Assembly: GCA_034780895.1 (NCBI GenBank)
Contig: JAUZTB010000017.1
Span: 16,660,183 to 16,724,182, forward strand
DNA: 64,000 nucleotides
From: Rhynchobatus australiae
Lineage: Eukaryota
Reading direction: 5' to 3'
This document shows, piece after piece, positions 27,082 through 40,796 of the stretch. Every line of letters begins with the position of its first letter. Within the stretch, counting starts at the first letter, position 1. Under the pieces are notes generated by a model. The model worked only from the letters and a program-made list of their open reading frames with translations, did no database searches and had not been told where the DNA came from. Both the position numbers and the translations under genes were made by a program.

Positions 27082-30000
27082 ACTTCATAGTCAAAATTCA
27101 ACACCAATGCACAAGTATCACTTCAAGAGGAGCCTACGCAGTCTTTGCTCTTCAGCAAAGCTGCTACCCTGGCCAGCAGAAGAAATATTTACTTGGAACA
27201 AGATCAGGCATTGTGATAAATCTCCTAACTAATGCCATCCAATAAATGCAGATTAATATCATAGCAATGAGAAAAAGATCCACCAAGTGAGGTACTGCTT
27301 GACTGTAAATCCTGGAACTGTTCAAATTCCTGTGTACCAAGTCCAGATCTCCTTGTCTGTCAGTTCATAAAGTCACTGTAAACTGATATGCTGATCAATG
27401 ATTTCACACAAGAACAATGCGATAAAAAATTACAAGAAACAGCAGTACAAATCAAACAGTGTGCTTCAGGGACTGGCAGTTAGAAATGGCATACCACACC
27501 TCCACATCTTGCGCCAACTAGTGCTGAGGTATGCCAACAGAATCCTTGAACAAAGTAACGTCATACAAATATTGATACAAACAATGAATCTGCCCCATCA
27601 TAGATCAAGGTAAATTATAGCTCAATTCCTACAGACTGTCCATTTGTCAAACTACAAGACCCCTTGCTCTATCCCACTGCACAGATACCATTCACTCAAA
27701 TCCTCTTCTGTGCAAAAAGATCCTCTGTAGGATAATTGAACAAAGTTTTTTTTAAAAGTGTTCAAGCTGCACATTATAGTGTTTATGAATTTCCCAGAAG
27801 CTCCTCCCTTTCTACTACAGTCTACTTACATTCACTCAAGAACCAGCAACCCATTCAAACAGATGGGTGTAAGAAACGTTGGGACACATACATGACCAGT
27901 CCCTAACACTGACTCTACTCGAGTTGCTATCCACTGTGGGATTCAAGGTATCGCCAGGATTGCTGAAAGCCATCTAAAACATAGGCACCGTTTCAAATCT
28001 GGGAGTGTGATATCAAAACAGCCAAACCCCTGCACCTTTGTGCCCCTCTGCTGCTGGTGTACTGACCCTGAACTTCCAATTTATGTGCTCTCCACATTTT
28101 AGTTTAATTAAAGTAGCAACCATGAGCTGAAGCAACTGGAATAAGCAGAAGGCCCACATCAAATACAAACAAGTAATATTTAAAAAGGGGGAAATTACAT
28201 TAAAACAGTGGCCAACTGAAGAAAAAGACATCAGTTTATAAACACAAGAGTAATAACTATTGCTCTTAGGTCTTTGGGCTCTAGTGCCAATTCAAGTGAC
28301 TGATGATTCATCCATGCAGTGCTACCACACCTAAAGTTTAGCTGGCCTACCACTCAAACACAACACAAGCCAAATCACAATTCAGTGGTTTACAGATGGA
28401 ATCTAGTAAGCTGATGTAATAAAGTCTCAGCAAGGTTGCACTTATGAAGCTGAAACATGCAGTCATCTTGTAGGTGGGAAAGGGGAGTGGAAGAAAGTTA
28501 ATGAAAACATTTTGCCTGTGATCTGGGCAACAACTTTATTAATACAGCCATGATTTGTTACATGTATTTCAGAAAAATAATCCTTTCTATAATGCATCTT
28601 GAATAACACGCTGACAATCAAAATGTCAATCCTAATCAAGCACCTTTTAAATAACTTCTTGAACTCCAATCACACATAGCAAGTACTGCCCAACACCAGG
28701 TACTTCTAGCTCTTGATTTATGAAGCTCCAAATGTGAAAAATGTAATTAAATTGGTTGGAATTTATAACGTAGATTTACTAAGTAATCATCCAGCTGGGA
28801 TGGAGAAAGTCAATGCTCTTTGGATAAGAATGTGAATTCAAGACCAGCTCAGGTTGTTGCCCAATAAGGTTTGATTGCTGAACTTTACCCCTCTCATCTC
28901 CATTGTAGTAAAAATCTATCCAACACATACAGATAGAGAACTAACTGTAGGTGTGGTTGCACTGCATGAATGAATCATCAGTTCAATGGAATTGGTACTA
29001 CTGACCAAAGCGCTAAGAGCAGTAGTTATCACTTTTATGGTAGCTATAGTCATGATTCAATGCTAAACACCAATCTGCAATCTGTAGATAATGCACTCCT
29101 CCCAAAAAGAAATCAAATGAACAGTAAGTTGCACGTTTGCACACCTCAAAGTACAGGTGGGGGCATTTGAAATTCAACACATGCTGCACTTGCTTTCAGT
29201 TTCTAAAAGCTCCTCTCATAGATGGGCCCCATCAGTGACATTCGCACCCAATTGATAAATTTAAGCAGTATTTCTATTGGTTCACAGTTTATCATTGCGC
29301 CATTCACTGCAACTTCAAATTACCTTTTGTAATTTGGATCTGGGTAAAAAGTCAGTCAAAACTGAAACAATGATAAAGAGTCTCCATACCAATTATCAGG
29401 AAATCAGCAAATGATTTGGATCTTCTTCAGAAACTGTGTCCACAGCAGAAAACCGACCATAATTCCACACAGAATATTCTTAAAAATTGACTGATGCAAA
29501 CGGCAGAAGTAATTTTTTGCCGTTTTAGTTGGGTTCCAAGATTGGACCGAGGCACATTGTTGGAATTGAGTATAAGCTAATGTAATAGCTGACCTCAGAG
29601 GGCCTGAACCAACAATGGATGCCAACAATAGGTGCCAAAAGGTATAAAGCTTTTCCCTACTTTCTCATCAACCTCAAATGGCCACAAGCAAAGTGCACGA
29701 AAGGACTTAATACAGAATGAAACACAATTAGGCTTAAAAGGAACGACANNNNNNNNNNAGTCTATTTCAAGGTTATAATCAGGGTTTGATTTATAGTTAA
29801 ATAACCCACAAATTTGTGGGCATGCTATGGGATTTCCAATTTCACTTTCTTCTATTCATTTCTATTTCCTCTTTCGAACAGCCAGATCACGTGAATACAG
29901 GTCCTGGTGGTTCCCACCACACAGCATCACTTTCCGCATGAGCACTAGTTCAATCAAAAACTTTATGATCAGACCAGGGAGAGACATGTTGACACCATGA

Positions 30001-30598
30001 TATCAATATAAAAACTATAAGCTAAAACAAAATCACACTCCCAAATGAAATATAAACACAGCCCAGTTTACTTTAAAACCTCCTTCTTCTGAAGACAGTT
30101 CCTTAAGGTCAATGATGACTTGCTTCCACTCTAGTTCATTGAATCTTGGGATGGTGAAGTTCTATGCAGGATTTGCAGGCTCTGCCACAGAGGATGGTGG
30201 TGTTTGACAGTTCAGGCAGTTCGGTTGTCAGGGATATGATGCAGTTCCTTCCATTTTTACAAACTTTACCAACTAGCCAACTGGGAAAGTGGAATCCAAA
30301 CACATGCTGGGAAATCATTTTGAGTTACCTATGGAGTATTTAAAACTGAATACAAAGCATAACTTTACCATAGCAAAATACATGGGGGGGGAGGGGGTGG
30401 TCTACTGAACACCATATTAAACTTCATGCTGCCCTTTTAAATCCCTTTGGAACCTAACAGGAATCCGGAGTCAACTTTGACAGTTCCTACTAATTTACTG
30501 ACTGTAAAACAGGAAGCTTATAGCAGACTACCAAAGTCAATGGAACACTACAGCATCAATAGACTGTAACCCTCTAAACACTGGTAGATCATCATGTT

Positions 30599-30910
30599 GG
30601 CGACACAGTGGCACACTAATAGAGCTGCTGCCTCACATCTCCAGTTACCAAAGTTCAATCCTGACCTCAGGTGCTGTTTATTTAGAGATTGCATATGCTC
30701 CGTCTAACTGGGTAGGTTTCCTCCAGGTACACCAGTTTTCTTCCACATTCCACGTCTGCTGGGTCACTGCAAATTGCCCCTCAGTAAGTGGTAGAATCTG
30801 GAAGGAGTTATTAAGAATGTGGGCCAAATAAAATGAGATTGGTGTAGACATGCATTCGAAGGTTGATGTGGACTCAGTGGGCCAAAGGGCTCATTTCCAC
30901 GCTGTGCAGT
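30599..30910 (+). mobile_element. V-SINE (HE1-like), near full length
   Basis: ggcgacacagtggc..agagctgctgcctcac..agttcaatcctgacctc head, V-domain, and tail gggccaaagggctcatttccacgctgt. Homologous to 10001-10311. Confidence 0.88.
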
Positions 30911-31087
30911 TCTAGAGCACTGGATGCATTTACCAGAGAATGGGGTGGTGGGTGTAAACCAACATGTTTTGCTCAGTAACAGCAGCCCAGCATTTCAGCA
31001 ATCAGCTTATTGCATGTTTTTTTTAAATCACAAGCTATCAGTTGGAAAGTGAGCTGTTTTGAGAAAAGTTGAAACCATGATTGCCCT

Positions 31088-31276
31088 GTCTCTACCACAG
31101 AAGGCAGTGGAGGTTAAGTTATTACATATATTCATGGCGGAATTAGATACATTTCAAGGGATACAAGACAAAGGGGGAGCAAAGTAATGAAATGGATGAT
31201 CAACTGTGAAGTTGCTGAATGGTGGAGCAGGCCCAAAGTACAGAATGGCCTATTCCTGCTTCCTCTGTTTCTATGA
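31088..31276 (+). mobile_element. CR1 LINE 3' end
   Basis: tctctaccacagaaggcagtggagg...gaatggtggagcaggc...gaatggcctattcctgct. Confidence 0.8.
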
Positions 31277-32059
31277 CAACAGAGCACAAGCTACTATAGA
31301 AACAGCAACTCAAATCAATGTACAAAGTATTCAAATTTTATTTGCACAAGTGCTAATGCTTTAACTATTTCTTCACTCAACTAGTTTTAAAAATATCAGA
31401 TTTTGCTCCCAACTGTTTCTTAAATATAAGCAGGGCTTCTGCCTCAGTTATGTCACAGCAACAGGTATAGTTGTGGAAAGCCCAAGTGTACATAGGACTG
31501 TACATCTTCACTTTCATCCCATGCCTTTCTGTAGTCTTAATCTACAGCAGGTTTTCCAGGTTGACGAAAATCTTAGTGTAGAGCACAGAGCTTCATTTAT
31601 TAATGGCAAGGTACATACAGGAACAAACAAGATTGACACCATGCCCCAAAACAAATATGCATAAAAACAGCCTGTGTTTCCTCACACAATTCTCACCTTC
31701 TCCACCCACCATCAACATATCTATGGCCCCTAAATGAATTAACTTGTGCATCTAAGAAAATCAGTAAAAACAATGAAATGCTGGTGTGAATAAATGAAAA
31801 TAGAATATGCAGGTGATCTGACCAGATCATAATTGCTGAACTGCTAGGCAGGATAACACAGCTGGCACAAGCTGCCCTATCTAACACATTCAAACTTCTT
31901 TGGAAATTCTATATATACTGTGCTGGGTGAGACACGAAGGGAGCAAGGGGACTGGTGTGGAGAGTGCAGGGTCCACCAGGTTTCACAAGCGGCAAGAAAG
32001 AAAGCAAGCAAGACTGAACCCAGGCACCAGAGGGAAGAGGCACAAGAGACAACTCAACA

Positions 32060-32505
32060 TTGAAGGCAGTTCACAAGGATGATCTCAGGTACAGAAGGAT
32101 TATCTTATAGAGGAAAAGTGGAGTTTGACGGGCAATCTAATTGAAACATACAAGATTCTCTTGGACCTTGACAGAGTAAATGCCTGGAGGATGTTTTCCC
32201 TCATGGAGGGTTGAGGCACAGAGGGCATGGTCACAGATCATGAGGGTGCCCACAGACTGAGGCAAGGAAGAATGCCTTCCCTCAAAGGGTTGCATGTATT
32301 TGGAATATTCTACCACATAAAAGTGGGTTAATTCTTTGAAAAGATTCAAAAGCTGAGATAGATTTTTTTTAAAATCACTACAGAAATCAACAGTTATGGG
32401 GAGAGGATGGGAAAGTGGACTTGAGGAAAGCTGGATCATCCATAATCATAATGGATGGAGGAACAGGCTTGAAGGGCCTACTTCTGTTCCCATATCTTAT
32501 GGTCT
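32060..32505 (+). mobile_element. CR1 LINE 3' fragment
   Basis: ttcacaaggatgat (FTRM), ggcaatctaattgaaacatacaagatt (GNLIETYKI), and tail ggcctacttctgttcccatatcttatggtct. Confidence 0.82.
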
Positions 32506-33080
32506 CAGATCTAGGGCCATTCAACTTTGTAAAGCAAAACACCCAAAGTATCCAATAGAGTAGTAATTACAAAAGAACCACAGATGCAGGACAAAGGTGC
32601 AGGATATATGTCAGGGGAGCATTCCTTTACACAAACTGCAACCAATAGTGTGAAAGCGAATGAGGCCAAGATATGTCATTTGTCTTATAAACAAAGAGAC
32701 AGTGAAATGAGGTGGTGCAAGGATTGGCATTCTGGGAGGAGGCAATTAAATGAGACAATTAACTGCTTATGTTCAAATCTGGTCTGCAGTTCTTTTTTAA
32801 AAATATCACAACTTCCAAAGCAATATTTCATTTTCAATATTAATAGATATTCACCATTAAAAATCCTCAGAAGTTACTTAGCATTAATGGCCTAGATTGC
32901 AGGCAGCTACAGCATGATGATGCAAGGTACTTTCACAAGAACAATGTGCCCCAAGCTATCTGAACCACCTTTTATTATACCCCTCAACATTCACTTGTCC
33001 TTGCTTGTAAAAGCATAGAATCTGCCATCATGCCCAAGTACAGTGCCCTTCCCACTAACAACAGCCTCAACTATTAATAC

Positions 33081-34325
33081 TAGATGAAGAACACTATCAT
33101 GCTAGAGAAACTCGGCAGGCCAGGCAGCATCCGTGGAGAAAAGCAGGCATTCAATGTTTCAGGTCAGGACCTTTCTTCAGGACTGCAGGGAAGGGGGAAG
33201 CCCAATACATAGGAGGAAAAAGCAGAGGAGTGATAAGTAGACAAAGTGGTAATAGACAGATGCAGGTAAGGAATAGTGTTAGGCAGGTGCAGGGGAGGAG
33301 GGGAGAGCAAGTACACCAGGGGGTGGGTCAAAAAGGTGAGGAGGTAAAAAGGGTAGAAAAAAGATAGGCTAGGAAAGAGAAGAGACATGGTTGAGGGNNN
33401 NNNNNNNNNNNNNNNNNNNNNNNNNNNNNNNNNNNNNNNNNNNNNNNNNNNNNNNNNNNNNNNNNNNNNNNNNNNNNNNAGGTGCTGTTCTTCCCGTTAG
33501 CGATTGGACTTCTCCTGGCAGAGGCGGCAGCTGAGGATTGACATAACTGTGATGGAATGGGAGGGAGAGTTGAAGTGACTGGCAACAGGGACATGCAGAT
33601 CGCAGTTATGGACAGAGCGCAGGTGTACTGCAAAATGGTCACCTAGTCTGCATTTGGTCTCGCCAATGCAGAAGAAGCCACACTTGGAGCACCAAATGTA
33701 GTAGATGACATTAAGGGAGGTGCAGGTGAATCTCTCTCACCTGAAAGGACTGTTCGCGTCCCTGGATGGAGGTGGTGTAGGGACAGGTGTTGCACCTATG
33801 GCAAGGGCAGTGGAAAGTCCCCAGGGTGGGAGCAGGATGGGTGAGGTTGGAGGAGTGAACTAAGGAGTCGTGGAGAGAGCGGTCCCTGCGAAAGGCAGAA
33901 AGGGGCGGAGGAGGAAGATGTGCTTGATGGTAGGGTCACATTGGAGATGGAGGAAGTGGTGGAGAATCATGTGTTGGATATGTAGGCTGGTAGGATGAAA
34001 TGAGGACAAGGAGCACCCCATCTCTGTTGGGTCTGGGAGAGGCAGGGGTGAAACCAGATGTGCAAGAAATGGCAGAGATGTGGGTGTGAGCTCTCAAATC
34101 ACAGTCGGGGGGAAGCCACAGTTTGGAAAGCCTCATCAAGGGAGCAGATGTGGTGGAGGTGGAAAAATTGAGAAAAAGGGATGGCATCCTTGCAAGAGAC
34201 AAGGTGGGAGGAGCTGTACGCATCAGATGTCACTGGATAAGGAATCTCGGGGGAGGGGGAGGGAAGAGAGACCAAGTGAATTGGAGAGCAGGGTGAAAAT
34301 TTGTGGTGTAATTTATGAAATTATT
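33081..34325 (-). mobile_element. Penelope-like retroelement, 5'-truncated (RT end, GIY-YIG endonuclease, terminal repeat)
   Basis: Minus strand encodes RFTCTSLNVIYYIWCSKCGFFCIGETKCRLGDHFAVHLRSV...PVASHFNS (GIY-YIG) near 33550-33735 and FINYTTNFHPALQFTWS near 34270-34320. The terminal repeat is at 33081-33190. Confidence 0.9.
33147..33186 (-). ncRNA. Minimal type I hammerhead ribozyme motif (degenerate) in the Penelope terminal repeat
   Basis: Minus strand: GCAGUC-CUGAAGA-a-AGGU(CCUG)ACCU-GAAA-CAUU-GAAUGC. Both core boxes are intact, stem II is 4 bp and stem I pairs at 5/6. The expected GAAACGU reads GAAACAU. Confidence 0.7.
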
Positions 34326-37300
34326 AATTATGGAGCCACAATGCTTCCATTTAATAGATTCATAAAGTCACTAAAAACACTGAGCATCAATAATGAATAC
34401 CGAATGTGAATTTGAGTCACTCTCCCTCAAAGCAAGTACAAAAGAAAGACATCAGCCAAAACAAAAGATCACGTACACTGGACAAGTATTTAAACTCTGC
34501 AAGTTATTGCCCTTCCAATAAATCTGAATGATATAATGCTTCATACATTTATGGTCACTATTTTATGTAATTTGGGTATATTAAGTTGTCCAATGCAGCC
34601 TTTGACCATTAACACTGTGCCTTTATGGAATTTTTATCAACAGGTAACACAGGTTTGACTTCCCTCAAGGTTGACTGAGTACTGAGTGAGCTGATACTAA
34701 TACAATATCAGGTTAAACAAAAATAGGAAATGTTATTTCCTTCACCTACCCCAGGTCTGTGAAAAAGGTTAAGATCACCACAGTAAAATGCCTTAAACCA
34801 GTTTTGACCCACTCTGAAGCTCATTTCTCAATACCTCAAGTAACCACGTGATCATCATTAATCCTCTTATTTGACCAATGACAAGGAATACATGGTTGAT
34901 TGACACAGCTCAAACAACCAGTGCCTTGTTAAAACCTCCAAAAGTAAAATGGAACAGAAAATAGAATTAATATACAGAGCAACTCCAAGATAGCAATCTC
35001 TTATTTACACAAGCATTCCTCATAAGTTTAGGACCTCATCTGAGCAACTCAATGAAACACAGTTTACTATATATGTTTCATAACTCATTTTGCTGCAAGG
35101 GAAGCCAACATTTCCAAATCAATTCGCATATTGTGTTTGTTAAGAAGTCTTCTTTCATATATTCCTCAGCACAAAATGATTGCGTTTACTTTTTGTTGTC
35201 TAGTATTTACGAGTTAATTAAGAGTACTTAGCAAACAGTATTAAGATACTTAAAATGATATGTCCATATTAAATTATCCAGCAAGTTTTTAAAACAATTA
35301 ATAGTGTCTTTTTTGATTTTCTTCCCCCAAACTGGGATTGAAGGTTTGTCTTTTGAATGAGCCAGTATACATGGGGTAACAGACAATGGTCAGTAAGAGC
35401 AATTTCTGCACTAACTCCAGGGCCAGGAAGAGGCCCACACCAATCATCGCAGCAAAATGTCTTATACCAGTTGGTTTCCTATTCATACTAAAAGGCAATT
35501 GAGCCCATTAATTTAAAACATAACTGCTACAACTTCCAGCCTTCAATGTAAAAACCAGGCAAAATAATTAGAGGCTCTAAAAGGAGCTGCTGTTCAAGAA
35601 ATGGGTCCATTATTCTGCTTCCCATTACGCTGAATATGAATGAACTCTTATAAACTGAAGTATAACTGTAACATTACCAATGTACAACAGCCATGAACTA
35701 TGCAGTTAATAAAAACCATACAAAACTTCCAGGATATATTCTTATAAGGAATCTCGGATGGCAGCTTGCTGTTTCCAGTAATCTTTCTTCCACATGCTCA
35801 AACCAACAATTTTTAAAGATGAGCCTCAGCCTGACGATGTTACTGAATGTTCTCAGCCGTTGGTAGCCAAGCATCTGAAGTTTCAAGTCAGCCCGACCTT
35901 CATTACCTTTTACTCCTCCCCCTAAATCTATTCAGATACTGTGCCAAGAGTCTTTCTCCATTCAAGTATCATCTTGCTCTAGCAAATTATACAACGGACA
36001 GGATCACAGAACCCTCCATTCCCTCCCAGAGAGCTGGGAAATAAATATTCCCTCCAAGGATTTATCACTAGTGCTACTCAATCAGTTATCCTCTAGTTGC
36101 CACTTCCACAGTGGAGGCTACAAGGCATGCATCAGTACTCCCACCCTCCTCTCCCACCCCCAATCAAAAGCAAGCTGAATGTCTTAATTGTCTATTATGA
36201 AGTGAAAGACAAGGGCTTTCCTCTTGAATCCTCACACAATGCAGGACTATCCCCATACACTTGTCTATCTGACAGCAGGCAATAAGAGCCTAATCCTGGA
36301 AATTTGGGAAGGCAGAACGTTTCCTAAAGCCACTCATTCAGCTGATTTGTCAAATCTCCTCGGGATATTACCCTGCAGCACCTCTCTACTGCCAAATGAT
36401 GTCAACTGCAGCCATTGGTGCAACTTCTTACAAAAGAACACAAATGACCAAGTAAAGCAAATTCTGTTGCTAACACTGGCAAGGAGGATTTAAACAAATG
36501 TTAACCCTTTCATACTAGCAACATCAAAATGTTCATCAATCATGGGCAAAAGCATCAATGTTGCAGATTTCCACTGGAAAAATAATTATACATTGGTGAT
36601 GGAGACAATGTACTTGCTGGGAATCCTGAAAAAAAGCTTCAAAAATATTTTCACAAGATCTTTCCTCTGCTACAAACTCTTCGATCTGCAACATTAACCC
36701 TTATTACCCAACTTTCAAAATTTCTTGCACTTCCGTTCAATTTATTTTTTTGTTCAGGGTGAGATAATCTTTAAATATCCTTTTCAAAAGGGAGAGGGGA
36801 AAGAATGAGATCAGTAGTGCAAAGAGTGTACAAGGCAAAAGAGGGAAAGGTCTTGCCAGAAATACCATNNNNNNNNNNNNNNNNNNNNNNNNNNNNNNNN
36901 NNNNNNNNNNNNNNNNNNNNNNNNNNNNNNNNNNNNNNNNNNNNNNNNNNNNNNNNNNNNNNNNNNNNNNNNNNNNNNNNNNNNNNNNNNNNNNNNNNNN
37001 NNNNNNNNNNNTGGGTGTATTGTAAGAAAAATAAGTTCAGTTGCTTCCTAGGCAATTTTCCCCAACTTCACCAGACAAGTCTCAAACCATTACAGGATTA
37101 AAGCCAATTTCATAAAGCATATCAAGATTTTTCAGAAAATGTAATCTTTCATCCAATGACAGGAGCAAGGAATCATGCAAGATGGGCTTTTACAAATTTC
37201 ATCATGTTTGGTCATTTGGAAACTACACCTATGAGCAAAAGCATTACAAGAAAAACACAAAAAAAACTTTGAAGACAGGAGCATCAGACTAGCAAATAAC

Positions 37301-37739
37301 ATTCATTCTTTAGCTTTAGTAGATCAAGTTTATAACAGTGCAGATTACTTTGCAAAGAAAACTTTTTGTACCAAATGATACTGTAGATTGTTCTTTTTAA
37401 AAAAAACAGAACTGTAGTGCTGTACTTCAACATATCCTACATTAAACAAATATTGTGTGCCAGTGTTAATGAGATTGGTTAAATGATTTTTGGCATTTAT
37501 ATGGTTAGGTGTGATTGAAGTGATTGTAATCACGTTCAGCAAGAAGTGTGGAGTGGCATGATCTACCTAGGCCATCTCTCGAGATTCCCACCATCAAAGA
37601 AACCAGGTCTTCAGCCAATCTGATTCACGCAATAAATAAAAATGGCTGATAGCCCAAGACATAACAGGTCTTGACAGCTCCCTGGTTTTAATAGTGAAGA
37701 CATGCAACACTGGCATTTACCCAACAAAACCCTGGGGCA

Positions 37740-38289
37740 TCTGTATTTGACATTAAGGAAGGTTCCTACCATGTGGAATTTGGGAAAATTGAAATTAGGG
37801 AAAAGATTCTTAATTGGTTGGAGCCACACCAAGCAACAATGATGATAAACCTGGATATTAGGAGTTTGCTACCACCCCCAGTAAACACTGCACAAGTTCC
37901 TCAGGGCAATGTTTGCACTTAACTATTATCATTCATCCACAAGCGAGGATAATTCTTATTGGTATAAATGTTTCGTTCCATTCACAACTCAAGATATTGA
38001 AGCAATCCCTAACAGCACAACATAGAAAACTTGATCTGATAAGAGGCCAGCACCAATTGCACCAAACCATGGGCAATTCCAACAGAAGAAAGTCCAACCA
38101 TCCTTTTTGGACATTCAATGACAGTGTAAACGTTCAGGTCCGCCTGCATCACCCATGGCCAGAAATCAGCCACACAAAATATTATGACTACAGTAGCAAG
38201 TGGTAATTGGGAATTGTACAGCAAGTGACCTATCCATGACTTCAAAGCATTCTCCCACTTCTAAAGTACAAGTGAATAACACTTCCTGA
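37740..38289 (+). mobile_element. Old non-LTR retrotransposon (CR1/L2 group, clade uncertain), 5' half of an interrupted copy
   Basis: gttcctcaggg (VPQG) near 37897, followed by sequence related to the reverse copy at 42855-43960. Confidence 0.6.
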
Positions 38290-39118
38290 GAACTTAGTAA
38301 CATGGCATCATGACAAAAACCTTTCCCTCAATATCAGCAAAACAAAAGAGCTGCTCACTAACTTCAGGAAAGGGGATAGTGCTCATGCTCCTGTCTACAT
38401 TAATGGTGCTGAAGTCGAGAGGGTTGAGAGCTTCAAGTACTTAGGAATGAACATCACAAATAGCCTATCCTGGTCCAAACATGTAGAGGCCACAGCCAAG
38501 AAAGCTCACCAGCGCCTCTACTTCCTCAGGAGGCTAAAGAAATTTGGCATGTGCCCATCGACCCGTGCCAATTTTTATCAATGCACCATAGAAAGCATCC
38601 TATCTGGATCCATCACAGCTTGGTATGGCAACTGCTTTGCCCGCGACTACAAGAAACTGCAGTGTTGTGGACACAGCTTAGCACACAGATACCAGTCTCC
38701 CCTCCACGAACTCTGTCTATATTTCTTGCTGCCTCAGTAAAATAGCCAGCATAATCATAGACTCCACCCACCCCAGACATTCTCTCTTCCCTCTCCCATT
38801 GAGCAGAAGATAAAAAAAAGCCTGAAGGCAAGCAGCACAAGATTCGAGGACAACTTCTACCCCACCATTACAGGACTACTGAAAGGTTCCCTAGTACAAT
38901 AAGATGGACTCCTGACCTCACAATCTACCTTGATATGACCCTGCACCTTATTGTCTACCTGCACTGCACTCTCTGTAGCTGTTACACTTTATTCTGCATT
39001 CTGTTATTGTTTTAGCTTATACTACCTCAATGCACTGTGTAATGAATTGATCAATATGAACGATATGCAAGACAAGCTTTTCACTGTGTCTCGGTACATT
39101 GGACAATAACTAATACTA
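38290..39118 (+). mobile_element. Rex1/Babar LINE 3' fragment
   Basis: NLSLNISKTKELLTNFRK...INGAEVERVESFKYLGMNITNSLSWSKHVEATAKKAHQRLYFLRRLKKFG...FYQCTIESILSGSITAWYG, with a 3' UTR ending ttttcactgtgtctcggtacattggacaataa. Confidence 0.9.
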
Positions 39119-39530
39119 AATGCAGCTTTAAACACCTCAACACCATTCAAGTCAAAGCTCCCTCCCCTAGCAGTACAACATGACAGCAATGTGCACATCT
39201 TCAAGACGCATTGCAGCAATTTGCCAAGGCTTTCTTAACTGTTCCCACTACTGTTCCATTTAATGCCAGTAAACAGCAAGGCATTTGTCAACTCTATCAC
39301 TCGCAAATTCCTCAGCAAGTTGCACACCATTCTGACTGGATACATATTGATATCACTTCATAACTACTGGGCCTAAATCTTAGAATTCCCAAACCACAGC
39401 ATTGTGGAAATACCTTCTCAGGAAGAACTGCAGCAGTTTAAGAAAGTGGCGCACCACCACCTTCTGGAGGGCAATTACAGACTGGCACTTAATGCTAGCA
39501 TTGACAGTAAATCCAACATTGAAAAATGAA
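39119..39530 (+). mobile_element. 3' half of the interrupted CR1/L2-group LINE
   Basis: tgcagcttta..caacaccattcaag...actgcagcagtttaagaaagtggcgcaccaccaccttctggagggcaatta...aatgaa tail. Confidence 0.7.
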
Positions 39531-40465
39531 GACAGTTGCTGCAGTTAATAAATGAGTAATTCAGTAATTAAACCATAAACATCTCAGGGAGGCACCTACC
39601 CCAACAATCATGGACTTCACATGAAAGGGCCTGCAGGCAAAAAAAAACCTACTGTACCCAACTCCACCTCCCACAAAAGTCAAAGTCAGCAGAGGTGCTT
39701 TTGCTTTCATTTTTTTTAAAAGAGAAAAACAATCCAACTGGTTTAATAATTTAGCATCAACATGCAGGCAAAGGCACTAGAATCTGTTATACATTCTGTC
39801 AAAATAGATAATTTCTTAAGTTCTCATCTTTTAAAAGAATGATTGCAAAATAAATCAGTTGTTACTGTAAGCAAGTAAAAGAATCAAGCCAGAATAGCCA
39901 GGGGGAAGAGTAGAAGACTGCGAATGGGAAAACACTGCTACAGACTGGAGGTGGGGGTGGGGCAAAGGGCCTCAGGTTTCATGGCCTCAGGGCAGGTCCA
40001 AGCAGCTCCAACATGCCTGTATTTGTTCAAACAGCTTGGAAAGAAAGCTGAAAGCAGGGCACGAGTTGTGCCTCCGAAGTTGTATTTCTCCAAAACACAT
40101 CAAGAATCAGCCTGGATTTCATTAACCCCATATTCCCCTTGCATCANNNNNNNNNCACGTAGTTCATTGGCAACGTTGGATTTCCATGTGCAGAAGGTGC
40201 AAAAGCTTACAAAAAAAAACAGGTTAACAAATTCAACACTAATCCCCTTGTATGGTTTGGAGCACACAGGTATTTCCTGGATCAGCTAATAGTGCACTGA
40301 AAGAAATCTTAGGTATCAAGAAGTTGGGTAGATACACTCAAAGCCATCTCTGGGCTGATATGCATTTGTTCAACATGAATTGCTCTAAGTTTCAGTGGAG
40401 TTTTAAAAAATGTTTTCAGAAGATACCCATTTTCCTTCAAGCTGAATTTAACCGTATACACTCAA

Positions 40466-40796
40466 TACAGTCAAGCTCCAATAATCCACTATCTGATAGT
40501 TTTGAAATCCCAATGGTTCAGCATCAGGCCCACCACATACTTATGCTCACATTCTCAACACACTGTGACCTGGGTTCTCATGCCCCCGTTTCACACCACT
40601 GAAACTCACTGGATTCTGTTCTCTGATCTTTTAAACATAATGGGGTTGCTGGAAAATGTCTGAAGTAATATCTTTAAAAAAAGTGAATTAGAAGTTATGT
40701 TGGCAGTATTAATTGGAATAATATCCAACAGTCCAGATAGTCTACCAGTCTGGCCCCAAAATCCAAAGTGTGCCAGTTTAACAGAGTTTCACTATG
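40466..40796. mobile_element. Possible non-autonomous Tc1/pogo (Tigger-like) DNA transposon remnant
   Basis: Left end TA-cagtcaagctccaataatcc. The right end agtttaacagagtttcacta is only weakly complementary. Confidence 0.35.

Noticed and set aside
29805-29820. Perfect 16-bp palindrome cccacaaatttgtggg
   Set aside because: About one such palindrome is expected by chance in 64 kb.
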